Below are positions 59,041 to 64,000 of a stretch of 64,000 nucleotides of DNA, in pieces. Source of the DNA: an uncultured virus (IMG/VR IMGVR_UViG_3300044641_008909) (Duplodnaviria > Heunggongvirae > Uroviricota > Caudoviricetes); IMG/VR virus record IMGVR_UViG_3300044641_008909. The stretch is one strand, 5' to 3'. The notes under the pieces were generated by a model, which was not told the DNA's origin, did not search any database, and was given only the letters and a program-made list of their open reading frames with translations. How positions within the stretch are numbered: position 1 is the stretch's first letter; each line of letters opens with the position of its first letter. A program made the translations under genes and the position numbers.

Positions 59041-60360
59041 GTGAACCAAGACTTTCTTACCTTTGAAAAAATGTTCGACGCTTTTAGCGTTGAGCCATAT
59101 GTTTTTTTACAAAATTTAAATGAACCCGATTTGACTGACAGAAAAAATCTCTTATTAAATTTACAGTTTTCTGGACCCAAAGGGTCTAAATTTGAAATAA
59201 AATTACATAAAGATAATGCGTGTTCATTTGTACACCGATTTAATTCATGTTTGGAGAAATTTAATCGTCCAATTGTTTGTTTGGATGCAAAATTATTTCA
59301 TTCTTTTTGTATTAAAGTTGGTTGTAATATCTTGCCAGATAGAACTAAGTTTTTCGACTTAAATTGGTTTGTTGATTATTCAGACATAAAAAGTAGTTTT
59401 TCTACTTTCTCTGAAGTTCATTCAATCTTTATGAAGTTCATTAAGTCAGATTTAATGGAAGTTTATAGAAATGTATATCAACAATTGATTTGCTCAACTG
59501 TTCCGCTGATGGAGAATGAAGGCATCATTCTTGATGATTCAGCTAGTTTTATTTTTCCTTATTATTCATCCAAATTTCAGGAAAACGGAAGACTTAATTC
59601 AAGTCTAGCTTCAGATAGGAATTTTAATCCTCATGGGATGACTAATGAAATAAAGAATAACCTTATCTTGCCTAATGATGATGAAGTTTTTGTTGCGTTT
59701 GACTTTAAAGCACTTGAGTTATATGTACTTGCATTTTTATGCAAAGACAGTAATCTGAATACATTACTTTATAACACATGCCATCCTTATGAGCAGATAG
59801 CACAATATGTCTTAAATTTAAGCAATTTTGCAGATGAAAATTTGAAGGAACTAGGGAAAAAGATATTTTTGCCAGCAATTTATGGAATTTCTGCTAATAA
59901 ATTGTCAGAACTTTTAAATTGTTCAGCTATTGAGGCTAGTGATTACTTAAAGAAAATGAAGTCTATATTTAGTAAATCTTTTGATTACGTCAGTGGTTTT
60001 ATGGGTCAAGCTACCAACTTTGGTCATTGTATTGATTATTTTAATAGAAAGAAAAGTTTTAATGTAGAAGAATCTTATAAAGCAATGAATTTTTGTATTC
60101 ATTCACCAGCAGCTACATTGTGCTTTATCAAGATGAATGAACTTAGTAATATAAAAACAAATGATTTCAGACTATTGTTTTCAATTCATGACTGTTTCGT
60201 TTTTGCTGTTAAAGAAAAAAACGTCAATGAATCAATCAGTGTTATAAAAACAAAATTGGAAGAAGAATTTAAGGAACAAAAGGGTCTTAAGTTATTTGTT
60301 GATATAAAAGTTGGTAATAATCTATCCAACTTGAAAAATTTTAATTTAAATTTGACTTAA
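59041..60360 (+). CDS. Short, divergent family A DNA polymerase
   Basis: ENGRL, motif A AFDFKALELYVLA, motif B GKKIFLPAIYG, motif C IHD. Confidence 0.8.
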   Translation: MNQDFLTFEKMFDAFSVEPYVFLQNLNEPDLTDRKNLLLNLQFSGPKGSKFEIKLHKDNACSFVHRFNSCLEKFNRPIVCLDAKLFHSFCIKVGCNILPDRTKFFDLNWFVDYSDIKSSFSTFSEVHSIFMKFIKSDLMEVYRNVYQQLICSTVPLMENEGIILDDSASFIFPYYSSKFQENGRLNSSLASDRNFNPHGMTNEIKNNLILPNDDEVFVAFDFKALELYVLAFLCKDSNLNTLLYNTCHPYEQIAQYVLNLSNFADENLKELGKKIFLPAIYGISANKLSELLNCSAIEASDYLKKMKSIFSKSFDYVSGFMGQATNFGHCIDYFNRKKSFNVEESYKAMNFCIHSPAATLCFIKMNELSNIKTNDFRLLFSIHDCFVFAVKEKNVNESISVIKTKLEEEFKEQKGLKLFVDIKVGNNLSNLKNFNLNLT

Positions 60361-60408
60361 TTAAAAATCAAGCTAAGGTTCAGCTATTAGTAATTCAGGA
60401 GGCATATT

Positions 60409-60963
60409 ATGAAGATATTTGACCTTTTCAGGATTGATGCGGAAGAATTTTTAGCTTTAGAAGAGAAATTTGGTCAGTTGTGTTTGTTTGCTAGCTGGCA
60501 AATGATGCAAAATAACTCTCGTAATAACCATCAGTTGGATGTAGAAGACATCAAACAAGAACTTCTTATGGCTGTTCTTAGAGCTGGAAGTTATTACAAG
60601 AGACAAACTTATATCGAATCAAGTTTTGAGATATTAGATAAAAATGTTCCTCAAGAAGGAATATTTCGTAAAGTGTTTGATTCTTTGAAGGATCTATGGA
60701 AGAATAAGACGCATCATGGTGCTTACCGAAGGAAATTTGGTGATCCCCAAGAAGAAATTTTAGAGAAATTAGTTAAAAAATTTGTTCCCAAGGAAGACAG
60801 ACCAGATATTAAGTTGAGGCTTGATATTAACACAAAATTTATCATTTACACCAAGCAGATCATATGGAATGCTGCTAGACATATCGGTAAGAAGATTACC
60901 AAAGAAAAACATATCCGCTTTGGTCAAGTTTCACTTTCAGAACACGAACATCTTTACCTCTAA
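60409..60963 (+). CDS. Hypothetical protein, possible divergent sigma region 2
   Basis: EDIKQELLMAVLRA...KFIIYTKQIIWN; AGGAGG SD. Confidence 0.5.
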   Translation: MKIFDLFRIDAEEFLALEEKFGQLCLFASWQMMQNNSRNNHQLDVEDIKQELLMAVLRAGSYYKRQTYIESSFEILDKNVPQEGIFRKVFDSLKDLWKNKTHHGAYRRKFGDPQEEILEKLVKKFVPKEDRPDIKLRLDINTKFIIYTKQIIWNAARHIGKKITKEKHIRFGQVSLSEHEHLYL

Positions 60964-60969
60964 CGGAAG

Positions 60970-62502
60970 GTGCCAATGGACGGCAAACTTACTGAAGATC
61001 AAGAGAAACTTCTTGAAGCTATGCTTCAGAAGCAAAACTATCAAGCAAAATTCCGTTGGGATGAAAATTTCCAGCGGCGCATGCTTGGTATTCTGCTAAC
61101 AGATAGAAACTTTCTTATTCAAGGTAAAGCATTAGTTATCCCTCAATACTTCTCAAATGAAGTACACATAGAAATATGCAAAATACTTTTTGATTTATTT
61201 GATGAAACAAAAAATATCCCTGAAAAATTTATTATGGAAAATGAATTACTTGAAAAAGTGCGTGAAAAACCTGATGCAATTAAAATTTATTATAAATCTG
61301 AACTTGAATCATTATACGAATATTTTATTCCAAACCAATCTTCCAGAGATATATTACTTACAAAATTGCTAAACTTTTCTAAGATTCAAAGTCTTAGATT
61401 GGCTATGGAAGAATCGCAAAGAGACCTTAAAAAGAATCCTGATTCCGAGGAAACATGGGCAAAAGTTTATGAAAGATTTCGTAATTGCATGATGGTTTCC
61501 AAGACGTTTGATGCAGGGTTTGAATACTTCACACAAATTGATAATATGTTTCTAGAACTTAATAAAGATGACGAAAAAATAGATAAATTTACTTCTGGCT
61601 TTTTGTCTATAGACTTTGAATTATCTGGTGGTGGTTGTCGTCGAGGTGAAATTTATGCTTTTATTGCTCTTCCCGGTGTTGGTAAATCACTTGCTTTAGT
61701 AAAAGCTGCTGTTGAAAATGTCAAGAAAGGATACAAAGTAGTATTCGTTTCTGTCGAAATGGATTGGGTTTCAATCTCTAAAAGATTTACTTCAGCTTAT
61801 GCATGCGTTCCATATTCTAAACTGATGAGCAAAAAAGATGAAATTAAACAGATGATAGAATATGATATCATGAATTTCTCTGATAAGAATCGATTGGTTG
61901 TCAAGCAGTTTCCGGCAGGAACGATTGATGTAAATGATATTCGTGCTTATTTGAATCAACTTGAGTTGCATGGATTTGTGCCAGATATGTTGATAGTTGA
62001 TTATCCGGGCGAAATGAAAGATGCACCGGGGGTTCCTGTTTGGGAAAGCAAGTATAGAATCATAAGGGATCTTAGGGGTCTTGCTTGCGAGAAGAAAATG
62101 GTTGTATTTACAGCTATGCAACCAAACAAGAGTGCTTCAGAACTTTCCAGTTCTGAATTTATTGAGGAGGGTAACATTGGCGCTTCATTTGACATGTTCA
62201 AACCTTTGGATGGTTTATGGAGTATTAATAGAACTACTGATGAGGCTGGTGCCCAAGTTGGTAGAGTATTTGTTGTCAAGCATAGAAATGGGAAAAGTAG
62301 ATATCATTTTCCTATTGAATATAACAATGAATTCTTAACAATCACAGAAATAGATTTTGAAAAATACAAAACTAAGATGCATAATAAGTCTCAGCAAGAT
62401 GCTAACACTTACAGTGTGGCAAGTGATGCATCGCATCTTATTGATGATAAGAAAAAGAAGAACAAGAAAAAACAGAACGACCCTTCTAATCCAATTGACT
62501 GA
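60970..62502 (+). CDS. Replicative DnaB-like helicase (T4 gp41-like)
   Basis: ALPGVGKS, SVEM, VKQFP, IVDY, TAMQ, KHRNG. Confidence 0.93.
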   Translation: MPMDGKLTEDQEKLLEAMLQKQNYQAKFRWDENFQRRMLGILLTDRNFLIQGKALVIPQYFSNEVHIEICKILFDLFDETKNIPEKFIMENELLEKVREKPDAIKIYYKSELESLYEYFIPNQSSRDILLTKLLNFSKIQSLRLAMEESQRDLKKNPDSEETWAKVYERFRNCMMVSKTFDAGFEYFTQIDNMFLELNKDDEKIDKFTSGFLSIDFELSGGGCRRGEIYAFIALPGVGKSLALVKAAVENVKKGYKVVFVSVEMDWVSISKRFTSAYACVPYSKLMSKKDEIKQMIEYDIMNFSDKNRLVVKQFPAGTIDVNDIRAYLNQLELHGFVPDMLIVDYPGEMKDAPGVPVWESKYRIIRDLRGLACEKKMVVFTAMQPNKSASELSSSEFIEEGNIGASFDMFKPLDGLWSINRTTDEAGAQVGRVFVVKHRNGKSRYHFPIEYNNEFLTITEIDFEKYKTKMHNKSQQDANTYSVASDASHLIDDKKKKNKKKQNDPSNPID

Positions 62503-62542
62503 TTCTGTTTCTAGTGGTAAGTTAATTTAACAGGAGGACTTT

Positions 62543-62971
62543 ATGGTTGAACGCATTTCGTTTCTAGGAAAAGAATGGACGATTGACAACAAAGATCTCG
62601 TATTTACTGATGCTACATTGAACCAATTCTTTGAAAAGATTGGTGGAATTATTGATTATGTTGGTGCCGCTCATGCAAATAGCATGAGATATAGTTCAGC
62701 TTGTGAACTTGCATACAAGAAAACATTTATTGAAAAGTTTAAACTTCAAAAAGATGCTGGAAAGTCTGATAAAACAGCAGAGTTATATGCTGAAGGTGAA
62801 CAAGAATGTATTGATGCTAAAGAAGTATGTATTACTGCTAAGTATTATAAAGATAGGTTGTATGCACATCTTCAAGCATTAAATGCTGCTCGTGAGGATG
62901 GACACAATCGTGGACACATGTTGCGTAAGGAAATGGATAGATTAAACATTGATTATGCTGAGAGATCATAA
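62543..62971 (+). CDS. UvsY-like recombination mediator
   Basis: Helical 142-aa protein after the helicase, UvsY-like size and pattern. Confidence 0.5.
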   Translation: MVERISFLGKEWTIDNKDLVFTDATLNQFFEKIGGIIDYVGAAHANSMRYSSACELAYKKTFIEKFKLQKDAGKSDKTAELYAEGEQECIDAKEVCITAKYYKDRLYAHLQALNAAREDGHNRGHMLRKEMDRLNIDYAERS

Positions 62972-63570
62972 TGTTTAACATGGAATTCGTCAAAAAGTAT
63001 ATGTTGACTGCCAAATTATTTGGCGAATTAAAAAATCCATGTTATTCAAGGAAGATTGGCGTTGTTATACTTAACGCCAATCTTACCAAGGTGGTTGGCA
63101 TGGGGTACAATGGTCCTCCAAGAGGTGCGCCACATTGTGATAGCCCAGAACATTTAAAAAATATATTTCTTCCTCAATTGACAGATGAAGATAAAAATTG
63201 CATTGCGAAAAATAAAAATTACGAAAGCTTTGATGAGGATAAATTTGTTAGAGATTTTGCTTATGAAAAAGTATGTCCAAGAAAGATTCTTGGATGTCCT
63301 TCAGGTAAAAGATTAGAATTGTGTTCTTGTGTTCACGCAGAAACAAATGCAATTGTAAATGCATCATGTGATTTACAAGATGCTCATATGTTTGCATGGT
63401 GTACTTTGCCATGCATAGAATGTACTAAATTAATTATCAATTCTGGAATAAAGAAACTTTTTTGTTTAAAAGATAATGAACCTGACTATTCTGTTGGTAG
63501 CAGGTTCTTAATTAAACAATGTAACGTAGATCTTGTTGAAATGGAAAAAGATTTTTTTAAGGATAACTAA
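62971..63570 (+). CDS. dCMP deaminase
   Basis: GYNGPP.G, HAETNAI, PCIEC. Confidence 0.93.
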   Translation: MFNMEFVKKYMLTAKLFGELKNPCYSRKIGVVILNANLTKVVGMGYNGPPRGAPHCDSPEHLKNIFLPQLTDEDKNCIAKNKNYESFDEDKFVRDFAYEKVCPRKILGCPSGKRLELCSCVHAETNAIVNASCDLQDAHMFAWCTLPCIECTKLIINSGIKKLFCLKDNEPDYSVGSRFLIKQCNVDLVEMEKDFFKDN

Positions 63571-63578
63571 TTTACATC

Positions 63579-64000
63579 ATGTATGAGATCATATTTAAAT
63601 ATTATAAACACAAAGACAATCTTGATTATGACCGAAACGAAAGTCTAATCTTAAAGAAAAAATTCGGTCAAATTGAAGAAGAATATCCACTTGACAAGAT
63701 AGCATGTTATATCATGTCACAGCTTGCTAGAAGAGATATATTTATACATGATGTAGAAATATATTCTTATGTTAAAAAGAATGTTAGTTTTAAGATTAGT
63801 AAGAATGGATTTTCTATAAATGGTCATAAGTTTGGACATAATGATACGGTTACAGAATTTAATTTAATTGAATCAACGCCTGAAAAGCCTCCACAACCTG
63901 CTTGTGAAGCTATCACGCATAAAGATTTTACACCAAAGTCTGATTTTGCACAACTTCAAAAAAAAGTTGAAAGTAATAAAGAACGAAGAATAATTAAGAA
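63579..64000 (+). CDS. Hypothetical protein (3'-partial)
   Basis: ATG 63579, frame MYEIIFKYYKHKD... appears open to window end. Confidence 0.65.
   Translation, partial: MYEIIFKYYKHKDNLDYDRNESLILKKKFGQIEEEYPLDKIACYIMSQLARRDIFIHDVEIYSYVKKNVSFKISKNGFSINGHKFGHNDTVTEFNLIESTPEKPPQPACEAITHKDFTPKSDFAQLQKKVESNKERRIIK

Noticed and set aside
1..64000. Stop-codon reassignment or tRNA genes
   Set aside because: High coding density and full-length conserved genes under code 11; no cloverleaf recognised by eye (tRNAscan not run)

Overview
AT-rich, gene-dense segment of a large T4-like myophage with frequent strand switching; all calls come from motif recognition by eye, with no database search. It carries neck/tail genes (gp13, gp14, gp15, sheath gp18, two gp19 tubes, a gp26/gp51-like pair), a gp55-like late sigma, replication/recombination genes (primase, DnaB/gp41 helicase, gp46/47, UvsW, UvsY, Cas4-like nuclease, resolvase, a short PolA) and nucleotide metabolism genes (class II RNR, dCMP deaminase). 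No capsid, portal, terminase, tRNA or CRISPR was recognised. Most notable observations: (1) about 16 unrelated ORFs begin with a T4 internal-protein-like capsid-targeting peptide, two with ADP-ribosyltransferase-like motifs; (2) a TA(A/T)ATA late motif sits 5-6 nt before many ATGs, and one palindromic TATATA appears to serve two divergent leaderless genes; (3) a plant-RGP-like UDP-arabinopyranose mutase plus other glycosyltransferases co-occur with giant Thr/Pro/Ala-rich surface proteins, suggesting virion glycosylation; (4) an actin-like ATPase operon; (5) a truncated McsA homologue; (6) a predicted -1 frameshift fusing the gp26- and gp51-like ORFs; (7) a hairpin-rich intergenic region bracketed by convergent sigma54 motifs; (8) apparent CCWGG avoidance. 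Several hints loosely suggest a Planctomycetota/PVC host (inference).
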